A stretch of DNA of 64,000 bases from Candidatus Saccharimonadota bacterium (GTDB lineage Bacteria; Patescibacteriota; Saccharimonadia; Saccharimonadales; SLHW01), in the NCBI GenBank assembly GCA_050486305.1, contig JBJHDA010000001.1, positions 563,071-627,070 on the forward strand, given 5' to 3'. Below the pieces are notes generated by a model, which saw only the letters and a list, made by a program, of their open reading frames with translations, had not been told where the DNA came from and searched no databases. A program made the position numbers and the translations under genes. Of this stretch, positions 19,270-31,404 are shown in pieces; the first letter of the stretch is position 1; each line of letters begins with the position of its first letter.

Positions 19270-20340
19270 TTAAAAGTTTGCCAAGGTTAGGAACGACATT
19301 GTCGTAGAGTAAATACCTGGTGCTTGACCCGAGTCAACATTGGTAATATAGCTTATTGTAAACTTTCTCAGATCGCTTGGGACAGGGCTGGTTACGATCG
19401 CCTGCCCGCTTGCGAACATAAACTGGTTGACCGTGTTGTAGTTTGCGGTCGGTGTCGCAGTCCCTGGACCAGTCGGGTTCGCCCCGACGTTAGGGTTGGT
19501 ATTATTCCTTAGGTTCAATCCGAACTGACTCACACCTGTTTGCGAGGCAGCCGGTGTCGGCAAAGCATTTATGACGTTATTTCCTGACATAAGCGTCGTA
19601 CCATTAATACGCGTTGCGTAGCCGTTAGCAGCATTGGTTGCCGCGACTATTTGCGAGGTGGCTGACCTGGTAGCTGCGTCGGAAAACTCGCCCAAATCTA
19701 TAAAGAAGCTGGTCGCAGTGGAGCAATCCATACCCTGAATCTGCACTCCTGCGCAAAATGTCAGGTACGGCGGCACCTCGGCTTCGACGTTTACGTCGAT
19801 ACTCGTTGATAAAGCGACACCGCCAGCCTGAGTATGCGGCCCAGAGGCGTCTTCTGTCGGGTAGGTAAATATCCTGGCGTAAAAGGAGCCGAGATACGAT
19901 GGGTTCATAATCTCGCCTAAATCATATTCCAGTTCTGCTTCTGTTGGCACTTCTGGAGTTCTGGTGAGGATAATATTGTAGTCATCACTGTCTCCGTGAA
20001 TCGAAAAGCCCGTCTCGCCCTCCTCTTCCAACAGCACAGCATCTGAAGCATCGAAATCGTCCGGCGGATCACAAGGAGTGCCGATAATCGGCGTATCGCC
20101 ACAGTACTGTATCCGAATCGAGCCAATCGGCACAGAAAAATCAGATATAGTAAAGCCCACTTTATGTTGCCCGACATCACTCGGTCGAGGATTCTCGAGC
20201 TGCACAAACCGGTCTTGAACGACACTTGCCGAAGTTGAAAACGGTGATAGCACCATTACAAGTGCTATCACCGTTATAAGAACTGTGCTTACAGCTATGA
20301 TTCGAGAGCGGTCAGTCTTTGTTTGCATCCTCACATTCAT
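19270..20340 (-). CDS. secreted surface protein, paralog family member 3 (356 aa)
   Basis: N-terminal signal/TM. Shares YCGDTPIIG..C, LTFC, SQFGLNL and a C-terminal PGIYSTTMSFLTLANF with the next gene. Confidence 0.7.
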   Translation of the reverse strand: MNVRMQTKTDRSRIIAVSTVLITVIALVMVLSPFSTSASVVQDRFVQLENPRPSDVGQHKVGFTISDFSVPIGSIRIQYCGDTPIIGTPCDPPDDFDASDAVLLEEEGETGFSIHGDSDDYNIILTRTPEVPTEAELEYDLGEIMNPSYLGSFYARIFTYPTEDASGPHTQAGGVALSTSIDVNVEAEVPPYLTFCAGVQIQGMDCSTATSFFIDLGEFSDAATRSATSQIVAATNAANGYATRINGTTLMSGNNVINALPTPAASQTGVSQFGLNLRNNTNPNVGANPTGPGTATPTANYNTVNQFMFASGQAIVTSPVPSDLRKFTISYITNVDSGQAPGIYSTTMSFLTLANF

Positions 20341-20371
20341 AGTGTAGCATCATGCTTTTGCTTCTATCCCT

Positions 20372-21598
20372 CTAGTAACGACCAGTAGCGATGAAGTCTA
20401 GCGTCGTGGTGTATATGCCCGGCTCGGTTGTGTTGGAGATGTTACCGAGGAAAACGAGCACACCGGTAGAAAATTCACCTGCGTTCTTCAGCGCTATCGG
20501 GCTACCGTAGGTTGCAAGTGTTTCGCCTGTGTCGAAGGCAAATAGTGCTCCGTTGTCGAAACCGTTGCCTTGACCTTGCGAAGTACCGTCACAATCAGCG
20601 TGGTCATATGGTGTAATTGCGCTCAAGCCTCCAGTATCGCGACTATCCGGGTGTGTGTACACACACAGTCCGAACTGCTCTGTTCCAGGGGCGCTTGCAG
20701 TATCAGTGTCGCCTATCGCATCAATACTGAATGAACCTGATGTCAATGTCTCACCTTTCATTCGAACAGTCGCACCAGCTGATGCATTCGTTGTAATGTT
20801 AAATTTCGCGTCTTTACTGATGGATGGATTGGTTGAATCCAATACACCGTTATCATCACCTAAAATTACCGGATCAGAGCTAAACCCAGAGCAGGTGTTA
20901 TAGTCGTCCAACTGCGGATCAGGATCAAACACGAGAGCATCAGTAAGGATACAGAACGTCAGACGTTCCTGCACCTTAGCCTCGATGGTAATTAGCTCTG
21001 CTGTACTGAGCGCGATACCACCGGCAAAGTTCGGGTTGTTTACGTCGGCAACTGAGTAAGCGTTGGCTGCTGTATCTGTCTCATACACCATTATCCTGGC
21101 GTAGAACGTCTCAATAGCAGTTGGATTGTCTACGTCTTCTATCGTGAAGACAACACTGTCACCAGCTCCGGTTGCGTTTTCCGGTGTAGCGTTCGTTAAT
21201 GTTACTGTATTTTCTTCTGCTCCACCGGTCGATTCATTAGTGAAGGCTGCTGTAAAACCGGACAGGTCTACATCACTTGGTTCAGTGTGGTCTACGCTCG
21301 CACCACTAAGGCTGAACCCAGCCGGCACCGTACAGTCTGAATCACCGATAATCGGTGTTTCTGCACAGAATGCTACGACAACACCGCCGATGTCGTCGGT
21401 ATTCGGTACCTCAAAATCCACTCGGTACGATACTTCTTCAGCGCCGCCCTCAGAAGTGCTCATCCGAATTTCACGATCACCCAATATCGTATAGGCACTG
21501 GCAGTCTGGCTTGCAAGCAGCGGCACCATAGTGGCCACAAGCAGTAAGGCTGCAGCAGCTATCGACGTTGAGCGCCGTAGTTTATCTACAAAAACCAT
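20372..21598 (-). CDS. secreted surface protein, paralog family member 2 (about 408 aa)
   Basis: The ATG at 21598 lies 8 nt after AAGGAG. Signal peptide present. FCAETPIIG..C, LTFC and GTEQFGLC motifs, with C-terminal PGIYTTTLDFIATGRY. Confidence 0.7.
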   Translation of the reverse strand: MVFVDKLRRSTSIAAAALLLVATMVPLLASQTASAYTILGDREIRMSTSEGGAEEVSYRVDFEVPNTDDIGGVVVAFCAETPIIGDSDCTVPAGFSLSGASVDHTEPSDVDLSGFTAAFTNESTGGAEENTVTLTNATPENATGAGDSVVFTIEDVDNPTAIETFYARIMVYETDTAANAYSVADVNNPNFAGGIALSTAELITIEAKVQERLTFCILTDALVFDPDPQLDDYNTCSGFSSDPVILGDDNGVLDSTNPSISKDAKFNITTNASAGATVRMKGETLTSGSFSIDAIGDTDTASAPGTEQFGLCVYTHPDSRDTGGLSAITPYDHADCDGTSQGQGNGFDNGALFAFDTGETLATYGSPIALKNAGEFSTGVLVFLGNISNTTEPGIYTTTLDFIATGRY

Positions 21599-21748
21599 AT
21601 GCAATTCTCCTTTTGTATTGGCTTTTTATTTTTAGTACTAGCACTTATCACCTTAGCATAAGGGGTTTATGAGAAGCAACTGAATCGCTGGTAAGTTATC
21701 CACAGCTCCTAAGCCCGCCTGTAGCGGCAATATTAGTAATGCTGCTGC

Positions 21749-22474
21749 CTAATACTGCCCTGTGGCGACCAAAATCTGGCGGAACTCGTACTGACCTGAT
21801 GGCGTTGCTTCTGAAATGTTAAATATATAGGAGATGGTGTAGAGCGTCACGCTCGTACTTTCCTCTGAATAGGCTATCGCATCACCTTTGTTGTACAAGA
21901 AATTATTTGGCTGAGCATAATCACTGGTGACTTGGCCGAAAGAGAACGAGCCGTCGGGTTGTTGAATCAATCCTTCGCCGACTGCTGGGTCGGTGTTCTC
22001 TACAAGATTTATGGCAAACTGCTCAGTTCCAGGCGCGGAGGAGGTCGGAGTGCTCGGGGTGGCAAACTGGTGGCCGTTTGCAACGTTCGTTGGCGGATCG
22101 GCATCGGTTGTCACGCTGTAGCCGCCAGCTTGCCAGGCACGAACATAAAACTGCCCCTGTGCCGTGTTCGTTTGTGAGGTATCAAGAAAGCCAAGATCGA
22201 TATTGTTGCCAGTTACCACGAACTCCAGAAACGGTTCATCCGTCGTATTAAACCCTGCAAACGCCCTAAAGTTATCACTGTTAAGCTCGCCGATGCCTAG
22301 TTCACCCAGCGTCGCTCGGCTTCTAAAATTATCTGACTGCAAGTTCGTTTCCCCGCCGGAGCCAAAGAACGTCTGATCCACCTGATAATTCGGCGAAGAA
22401 GATGTCTGAGCCAACACAGATGCCGGCAAGACGAATGACCCGAATATAACCAGTGCGATAATCAGTTGTTTCAT
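21749..22474 (-). CDS. secreted surface protein, paralog family member 1 (241 aa, single-domain version)
   Basis: Signal peptide MKQLIIALVIFGSFVLPASVLA. GTEQFAINL motif and C-terminal PSGQYEFRQILVATGQY. Confidence 0.7.
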   Translation of the reverse strand: MKQLIIALVIFGSFVLPASVLAQTSSSPNYQVDQTFFGSGGETNLQSDNFRSRATLGELGIGELNSDNFRAFAGFNTTDEPFLEFVVTGNNIDLGFLDTSQTNTAQGQFYVRAWQAGGYSVTTDADPPTNVANGHQFATPSTPTSSAPGTEQFAINLVENTDPAVGEGLIQQPDGSFSFGQVTSDYAQPNNFLYNKGDAIAYSEESTSVTLYTISYIFNISEATPSGQYEFRQILVATGQY

Positions 22475-22618
22475 AGAAAAATCTTTGTCTTAATGTGTTC
22501 GTTCACTTGACGTTTATTATAACGTATCATATGCGCTTTGCTCGAAAAACTTTATAGATTATGCTTATTCGTAGTACTATTGAAGCATAAGCTTATGGGC
22601 AGACCGTAAATTATAGCC

Positions 22619-23596
22619 ATGGATAATGATTCGCAAAACAACAACGACTTAAACACACTGGAAGATCAAGGCACCGTCGTCAGTCAAGACGGAGCAGATT
22701 CCCCGCCCGGCGCTGCACCGCAAGCAGGTGGCGATAAGCCAGAAAAAAAGCCAAAAAAGAAGGGGAAATTTTCTGTTTCTCGCTTGATTAGCCGAGTAAA
22801 CATATACTTTTTGTTCTTCGTACTAATCGTCGTAATTGCTGGTACCGTCGTGTTTATCGGCTACCAACGTGACCGTGATAGCGGAGACGATGACCGGATC
22901 GGCTCACAAAGCTTGACCGCTGAAGAACTTGAACAGTTGGCAGGAAGTGACACTCGTATCGGTGACCCTCAGCAGCTTCTGACCGTCGAGTCTAATACAG
23001 TTTTTTCTGGACAGGTGCTTGTTCGTGACAATCTAGACGTAGCTGGCCAGATAAGCGTTGGCGGGAGCCTGAGCCTACCTGGTATAACCGTATCCGGGAC
23101 AAGCAACTTTGACGAAATCCAAGCAAACAGCTTATCCATCGCTGGTGATACAAATATACAAGGGCAGTTCGTCGTTGATGGCAGCCTAACCGTTGGTGCA
23201 GGCGGCAGCTTCGGTGGCGGCATTTCTGCACCACTCATCACAACCGATCAGCTACAGCTTACTGGTGATCTGCAAATAACCAGGCATATTGATACCGGTG
23301 GGCCTACACCGTCCGTGTCAAACGGTGGAGCAATCGGATCCGGCGGCACAACTTCAATCAGCGGCAGCGACACCGCTGGCACAGTTGCCGTTAACCCTGG
23401 TAATGGTGCTGGCAATGGTCCGGTCGCAGTCGTAACATTCGCCAATAGCTTTAATCAAACACCTCATGTCGTGGTGACCCCCGTCGGCAGAAGCGTTAAT
23501 TACTATATAACCAGAACAACAACAGGCTTTACGATTCACGTATCAGGCAGCCTTTCGTCAGGCAGCTTTGCTTTCGATTATATCGCTTTTGATTAG
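22619..23596 (+). CDS. membrane-anchored beta-helix-repeat surface protein (325 aa)
   Basis: Lys-rich cytoplasmic N-terminus, one TM, then repetitive G-x-hydrophobic repeats (VAGQISVGGSLSLPGITVSGTSNF, GDTNIQGQFVVDGSLTVGAGGSFGGG). A beta-rich C-terminal domain follows. Transcribed divergently from the paralog cluster. Confidence 0.65.
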   Translation: MDNDSQNNNDLNTLEDQGTVVSQDGADSPPGAAPQAGGDKPEKKPKKKGKFSVSRLISRVNIYFLFFVLIVVIAGTVVFIGYQRDRDSGDDDRIGSQSLTAEELEQLAGSDTRIGDPQQLLTVESNTVFSGQVLVRDNLDVAGQISVGGSLSLPGITVSGTSNFDEIQANSLSIAGDTNIQGQFVVDGSLTVGAGGSFGGGISAPLITTDQLQLTGDLQITRHIDTGGPTPSVSNGGAIGSGGTTSISGSDTAGTVAVNPGNGAGNGPVAVVTFANSFNQTPHVVVTPVGRSVNYYITRTTTGFTIHVSGSLSSGSFAFDYIAFD

Positions 23597-23605
23597 ATTA
23601 CTTCT

Positions 23606-23905
23606 TTAAACGTCCAGGAAGACGACGACTTCATTCGATTTTACGTGCATGACGCCCTGCTGAATGCTAATCGTTTCCTTTTCACCATCGGGTTTTCGGA
23701 TAACGATATCGCCTTTCGCAAGAATTGATATGAACCGGTGATGCTTACCCAGCACGTCGAAGTTCCCGGTATCGTTAACTGCAGAAATGCTGACTGCCTC
23801 GCCATCAAAATATGTCTTGTACGGAGCATGCACCTTAACGTGCATGATACTCTCATCTGTTTGATTGGCTGCGTTCTCTTCAGGAGGAGTGTCGTTATCT
23901 GCCAT
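23606..23905 (-). CDS. atpC: ATP synthase epsilon subunit, beta-sandwich only
   Basis: Last gene of the atp operon. About 80 aa of beta-sandwich-like sequence after a short acidic N-extension. No C-terminal helical hairpin. Confidence 0.7.
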   Translation of the reverse strand: MADNDTPPEENAANQTDESIMHVKVHAPYKTYFDGEAVSISAVNDTGNFDVLGKHHRFISILAKGDIVIRKPDGEKETISIQQGVMHVKSNEVVVFLDV

Positions 23906-23932
23906 CTGCGCTCACGTTTCTTTCTACCTGCG

Positions 23933-26105
<2,173 letters not shown>

Positions 26106-26109
<4 letters not shown>

Positions 26110-27716
26110 GATTGCTTCTCCACTGCCTTCGCCTTTTCTTTTTCATCGTGCTTGGCTTTTTTCGCTTCTTTTTTGCTCGGCTTTTTCGGTTCTTTTTCTG
26201 CAGCTGCTGTTTTATCTGCTTCTTTTCCGTCTCCGGCTTGGTTGTCGCCGCCACCATCAGCCTGACCTGTTGGAGCTGAACCCTCGGCGCCTTTTAGCTG
26301 GACCACGCATTTCTGTTTCAGCTGCGCCTTTACTGCATCGTAGTCTTCGTCTTTTTTGACCTTTTCAGCATACTCAACTAGGTATAACTTTAAATTACCG
26401 ACATCGATTTTTTCGCCCTCTTCTGCGTTTAGCACAATGTCCAGCGCAAGCTGCTGAGCCACCAATGAATACGTGTCGCCAGGAGATTGCGTGAACAATG
26501 CGAAAAGCTGTTCGCCGGTTTCCAGCGCTCGCTTTGCTTCCAGAGCAAGCTCCGAACCGAAGTGTGAAAATTCCTGAGCCTGCCGATAGTCGGCCAGCAG
26601 CTTAAGCGACTGAGACGCAAGCGCTTTTTGGCGCTTGTTATGGCCGATACCACCGGCACGAGTCACAGATAAGCCAATATTCAAGGCCGGGCGAATGCCG
26701 TCTCGGAAAATATTCATATCCAGAATCCACTGACCGTCAGTAATCGACATAATGTTCGTCGGCAAGAAGGCAGTAATATCGCCACCTGCAGCGTTCACAA
26801 TCGGGATACTCGTTAGGTGCTTGCCACTTGCATCAAGCCGGCCGGCTCGCTCGAGTAGACTTGAGTGGGCATAAAACATATCACCTGGGTATGAGTCCCG
26901 CCCCGGGCTAACGCCGGACATCAGAGCTACCTCACGATAGGCGTGGGCGTGACTGGTCAAGTCATCGTAAATGATGATGGTGTCTTGATCGCACTTCTGC
27001 CATAGGTACTCTGCCATAGAGCAGGCAACATACGGAGCGATATAGCTCATTATTAGTGATTCGAACATATTAGATACGACGACAATGGCCTTCTCGAGTC
27101 CGCCATTCTCCTGCAGGCTTGAAAGCAGCGCGTCAACGTCACTGCGTCGTTTGGCGATAAGACAGTAGACAACGACTTGGTCGGTGTTCTTCTGGTTTAT
27201 CGTCAGCTGGGTTGCCAAGGTGCTTTTCCCTGATTTGCTATCGCCAAGCAATGCCATACGCTGACCGCGCACGACCGGATACAAAGAGTCGATCGTCGTA
27301 ACGCCGCTCTCGAGCTGGTCGCTTAGAAGCTTTCTTTCATATAGTGGCGGCGCAGTATTAAATACCGGCCAGACGCCATCAGCCGCAATCGGTCCTTTGC
27401 CATCAATCGGCTCACCGGTTACCGTAACTACCCGACCGATAAAATCCTTCCCAACCCGGCAGACCAGCTCCTGGTGCTGGATGACCGCAGTCATGCCAAG
27501 ACGAAGCTTTTCGCTGCCAAGGTGCAGCACGGTAACCGTATCTTTCTGCACCTGATGGACGAATCCTTTGCTTCCATCCTCAAACAGAACAAGCGCCTGG
27601 ATAGAACATGGCTGGAGCCCTTTTAGCGTTATGAGATAGTTATCGACTGCCAATACCTCACCGACTGGATTCCCGGCAGCAACCAGCTTATCAAAGTGTT
27701 GATTACCGGAATTCAT
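26106..27716 (-). CDS. atpA: ATP synthase F1 alpha subunit with Lys/Glu-rich C-terminal tail
   Basis: Walker [23 protein letters not shown] and [15 protein letters not shown] motifs. About 60 aa of low-complexity tail ([24 protein letters not shown]). Confidence 0.9.
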
Positions 27717-28303
27717 TGCGCCGCCTCCGTCGTTTGGGCTTGAGGCTGTACTTCAGGCTGCTGTGGCGCTGGTTGCGTCTCAGCCTGAGGCTCAGTATTT
27801 GATTTGAGACTAGAGACATACTTCATCAGCAAGCCGCGCTTCTTCCGAAAATCCTCCCGCAAACTTAAATCAAACACCTGGTTGGTGGAACGTATGACAC
27901 ACCCGGCCCCGATATTCGGTTGCAGCCCGACCTGCACTAAAACGTATGGGTGAATTGTCGAGCGTAAATAATCTGTCAGTTTACCGAGAAATAGTGGTGA
28001 TGGATCAACGCTAAAGCTAATATGCAGCTTAGGTCCACTGTCGCGGAGTGATGTCAAAAACTGTCGCAGTGTTGCCCGGTCTTCTTTTTTGAGTAAATTC
28101 AAATCATTATTCGTTGCCACGGCATCAAGCAGCTTGCTCATTTTTGGCAGACTCATCGTTGTGCCAGGCTCACGGATCGAAGACTGATGCATAAAATCGT
28201 CAAGCGACTCCATTTCTCTTGCCAATCGGCTTACGTCCATTACCCCAACAACACTGTTAGGGAGCTCGATTTTCTTTGTATCATGCGTATCTTTATGAGC
28301 CAT
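27713..28303 (-). CDS. atpH: ATP synthase delta (OSCP-like) subunit
   Basis: Operon position. C-terminal [20 protein letters not shown] resembles the OSCP C-terminal motif. Confidence 0.65.
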   Translation of the reverse strand: MAHKDTHDTKKIELPNSVVGVMDVSRLAREMESLDDFMHQSSIREPGTTMSLPKMSKLLDAVATNNDLNLLKKEDRATLRQFLTSLRDSGPKLHISFSVDPSPLFLGKLTDYLRSTIHPYVLVQVGLQPNIGAGCVIRSTNQVFDLSLREDFRKKRGLLMKYVSSLKSNTEPQAETQPAPQQPEVQPQAQTTEAAQ

Positions 28304-28916
28304 CCTGCAGGTCCCGGATTATGACGTCTTTGTTTTGTTCTATGTCAGAAATTATAAAGTCTAGCTGGTCATTCAAATCTATCTGATCACCGATAGCCGC
28401 TAAGACGTAGTGATTCACGATATCACCGATATTTTCTTCGAACCGCTTGAGCATATGAGCTTTCTCTGACTCAATCTCTTTTACGAGCTGTTGACCCATC
28501 ACTTGCCGCTGCTGCTCGATAGCCTCCTGCGTTTTGGTAATCGAATCTATGGCCATTTGTTTTGCGTCGGTAATTGATTCTTCGTATTTAGAGAACTCGT
28601 CCTGCAGCTTTTTGGTAATTTCGTCTTTCATGAACTCATTCAGCTGAGAGGTGGTCAAGCGAAGGTCTTGCTGAAGAAACATGGCATTCTCGCCGATAAT
28701 TTTTTCGAAGTGTAATCTACCCCTGTTTCGGAGTTCTTCACGAAATTCATCGTTAAAGATGTGCTCGACATCACGCTCTGCCTCGTCAAAGTGGCTGCCC
28801 GCAGCATCACGGGATTGCTTACCGGCACCATTACTAACGCGCAGGCCGAGCCAGATAATTGCCACAGCGGTGGCCGCTATTCCTACAAGTAATGCTGCTA
28901 GTCCGTATATATCCAC
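28293..28916 (-). CDS. atpF: ATP synthase b-like subunit
   Basis: GTG start, a single N-terminal TM (LAALLVGIAATAVAIIWLGL), then a long charged helix. Operon position matches. Confidence 0.6.
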   Translation of the reverse strand: MDIYGLAALLVGIAATAVAIIWLGLRVSNGAGKQSRDAAGSHFDEAERDVEHIFNDEFREELRNRGRLHFEKIIGENAMFLQQDLRLTTSQLNEFMKDEITKKLQDEFSKYEESITDAKQMAIDSITKTQEAIEQQRQVMGQQLVKEIESEKAHMLKRFEENIGDIVNHYVLAAIGDQIDLNDQLDFIISDIEQNKDVIIRDLQDGS

Positions 28917-28947
28917 GTAATTATCCCACCTCTCGTGTATTGCATTA

Positions 28948-29784
28948 CTACAATCTTAAGATTAAATATACTCCAAAAATACCTATTATGAAAATGATAA
29001 GCCCGACAATAACCACCTGTAACATCCCGCGGATAATCGACCGCTTCGATAACGGGTTACGCCCAATAGACGTGATACTGCTGCGCACACCGCTGTACAT
29101 CAGGCTGCCGGCGATAAACGTACTGATAAGGAAGATGAATGTCGCGATATACACCCGGTTCGCCGGTACGGAATCACCCGCGATAGACTCAGCAGCTTGC
29201 CGCAGGAACTCCGGCAGGTTCGCCTCCGTCGGTTTCTGCAGCGGGTTGCGTGCTGCCAAAACATCGACGTCGATACGTCCGATGGAAACGGTCCTGTCGC
29301 CGGCTTGTGCCGTACCGACAGCATTGCTGCCGTCAAAGCCGCTGAGTGCCCGACCGATAACGACTGGCACTATGTCATTCACTCGCATACCGATGCCTTC
29401 CAGAGACGAAATAGTGATAAAATCACCGGGTTCGATTGACCCGTTCTGCGTACTTACCAGCACCCGATAACGGCCCTGGGTGGCGACAAACACTTCGGAT
29501 TCGGAATCACCAGAGAGCGTTACGGCTGCATCGTTCGGATTGATAACTACCCCGTAAAGCTCCTCGACCCGTTCTAGCGTAGCGGGACGGACTTTGCCGG
29601 TGTCTTCTTGGTCGAGAACAACGATCAGGCCTCGCTCCAGCCGTTCATCGCTATCAAAGCCTTGGGCAACAGACTGGGCATCAGCCAGCGGAAAATTGAG
29701 CGCAAGAATTACGAGCGCGATGAGGCCTGCCACAGCCATGACTTTTTGCACTGAAAACCATTGTCTTATTTTTGTCTTATTCAC
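28948..29784 (-). CDS. signal peptide + about 190-aa extracytoplasmic domain + C-terminal two-TM hairpin with R-N-P loop (c-subunit-like, no carboxylate)
   Basis: Lies 32 nt upstream of atpF on the same strand. The C-terminus is IATFIFLISTFIAGSLMYSGVRSSITSIGRNPLSKRSIIRGMLQVVIVGLIIFIIGIFGVYLILRL. Confidence 0.6.
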   Translation of the reverse strand: MNKTKIRQWFSVQKVMAVAGLIALVILALNFPLADAQSVAQGFDSDERLERGLIVVLDQEDTGKVRPATLERVEELYGVVINPNDAAVTLSGDSESEVFVATQGRYRVLVSTQNGSIEPGDFITISSLEGIGMRVNDIVPVVIGRALSGFDGSNAVGTAQAGDRTVSIGRIDVDVLAARNPLQKPTEANLPEFLRQAAESIAGDSVPANRVYIATFIFLISTFIAGSLMYSGVRSSITSIGRNPLSKRSIIRGMLQVVIVGLIIFIIGIFGVYLILRL

Positions 29785-29840
29785 GTTAAATAAACTATCG
29801 ATTTAAACCTTGTCTGTACAAGAGGTATTGTAGCATACCG

Positions 29841-30992
29841 CTACTGTTTTTTTGAAAGAAGCCGGCGAAGGGTCTGTACGGTTTGGTCTATGTCCGTATC
29901 AACTGTTGCCTGACCCATGGAAAAACGAATGCTCTGCTGAGCTTCTGCATCGGCTTTACCGATAGCCTGCATTACACGAGAGGGCTTTTCCTGGTTGTTC
30001 GCGCTGCAAGCAGAGCCGGCTGCCGCTAAAATACCCTGCCCCTCCAGCTGCAAAAGCAAAATTTCGTTATGCATACCAGGGAACGTCACGTGCAAGTTAT
30101 TGGGCAACCTGTGTTTCACTGACCCGTTTATAACAGCGCCTGGACACTCGGAGGCAAGCAGTTTTATGAACTGCTGCTGGAGTTGCTTCATGCGCCTGGT
30201 TTCTTTTTCACGATTTTGCTGGACTTTATTCAATGCCGCTGCCAGACCGACGGCGTTTACCACACTCTCGGTACCGCTGCGTATATTCCGCTCCTGGCCG
30301 CCGCCACGGATAATCGGTACTACTCGTAGCTGGCGGCTCACAAACAAGCAGCCTGATTGCTTAAATCCGTAAATCTTGCCGCCGTTCAGCGTCATCATAT
30401 CAACACCAAGGGAATTAACATGTAAATCAAGATAATTCGGCGCCTGGCAGGCATCGGTGTGGAAATACAGCGGCAAAGTATTGCCGCTTGCTTTACGTTT
30501 TTCGCGGATTTCCCGCACCACAGCAGCAATTTTTCGCAGCGGCTGCACCGTACCGATTTCGTTATTGGCATAAATAATACTAAGCAGCACCGTGTCGTCA
30601 TCTATCTTCTGCCGGATTGCAGCCACATCAACAAGCCCCGCCTCTGTTGCAGGTACTTCGCTAACGTCATATTGGCTGGCGGGTTCAAACACAGAATCAT
30701 GCTCGAGCGAACTGACAACACACCGCTTTTGGGGATACTGATCCATTACCCCCGCTATCGCCAGATTATTCGCCTCGGTTCCGCCAGCCGTGAAGAAAAT
30801 CTCCTCGCTGCGCACGCCGAGCCAATTAGCAACAATGCCCCGGGAATCATCAAGCGCACGGCGGACCTGTTTTGCTGGCTCATACCGTGCCGAGGGGTTA
30901 AAAAACGCATCAGCAAAATATGGCTGGGCACTTGCCAGCACTTCAGTGTCAACTGGGGTAGCAGCAGCATAGTCAAGATAAATCATAGTCAT
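29841..30992 (-). CDS. cysteine desulfurase (class V aminotransferase, NifS/IscS-like)
   Basis: IYLDYAATPV N-terminus, HTDACQ, a PLP-lysine region LNGGKIYG and an active-site loop AAGSACSAN. Confidence 0.85.
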   Translation of the reverse strand: MTMIYLDYAAATPVDTEVLASAQPYFADAFFNPSARYEPAKQVRRALDDSRGIVANWLGVRSEEIFFTAGGTEANNLAIAGVMDQYPQKRCVVSSLEHDSVFEPASQYDVSEVPATEAGLVDVAAIRQKIDDDTVLLSIIYANNEIGTVQPLRKIAAVVREIREKRKASGNTLPLYFHTDACQAPNYLDLHVNSLGVDMMTLNGGKIYGFKQSGCLFVSRQLRVVPIIRGGGQERNIRSGTESVVNAVGLAAALNKVQQNREKETRRMKQLQQQFIKLLASECPGAVINGSVKHRLPNNLHVTFPGMHNEILLLQLEGQGILAAAGSACSANNQEKPSRVMQAIGKADAEAQQSIRFSMGQATVDTDIDQTVQTLRRLLSKKQ

Positions 30993-31032
30993 AATAACGC
31001 CTTCGTTTCCTGTACCTATTGTACAAGCCGGG

Positions 31033-31404
31033 CTACAAGGCGAAGGTATAAAGCTGTTGCCGTACGGCTGCCTGGTATGATTTGGCAGCCGCGAATAAGT
31101 TCTCGGCTTCCTCTTCAGTGACAGGAGCGTATTGACCGTCCCGAACCTTTAGTACGCAGTCCGGCCGGACTTCATAGCGGGTGGTTTGCATACGGCGCTG
31201 GCTGGTCTCTTCGTCCGTCCATTCTTCGTGCCACACCCACGTTCGCTCGTCTAGGCAGAAAAATTCCCGACGCTCGCCAGATGGAACCGGACCAAACACT
31301 TCACCGCCGATTCGCGCTTCATGCCGGATTAGCTTATTCTCCAGCTCACGCTCGCGAGCGGCCTTTCGCTCCTCACTGGATTGGTTAAGCAGCTTTTTCA
31401 GCAT
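31033..31404 (-). CDS. hypothetical protein (about 123 aa)
   Basis: Track ORF extends to 31422. The ATG at 31404 (MLKKLL) lies 7 nt after GGAGAGGAG. Confidence 0.55.
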   Translation of the reverse strand: MLKKLLNQSSEERKAARERELENKLIRHEARIGGEVFGPVPSGERREFFCLDERTWVWHEEWTDEETSQRRMQTTRYEVRPDCVLKVRDGQYAPVTEEEAENLFAAAKSYQAAVRQQLYTFAL

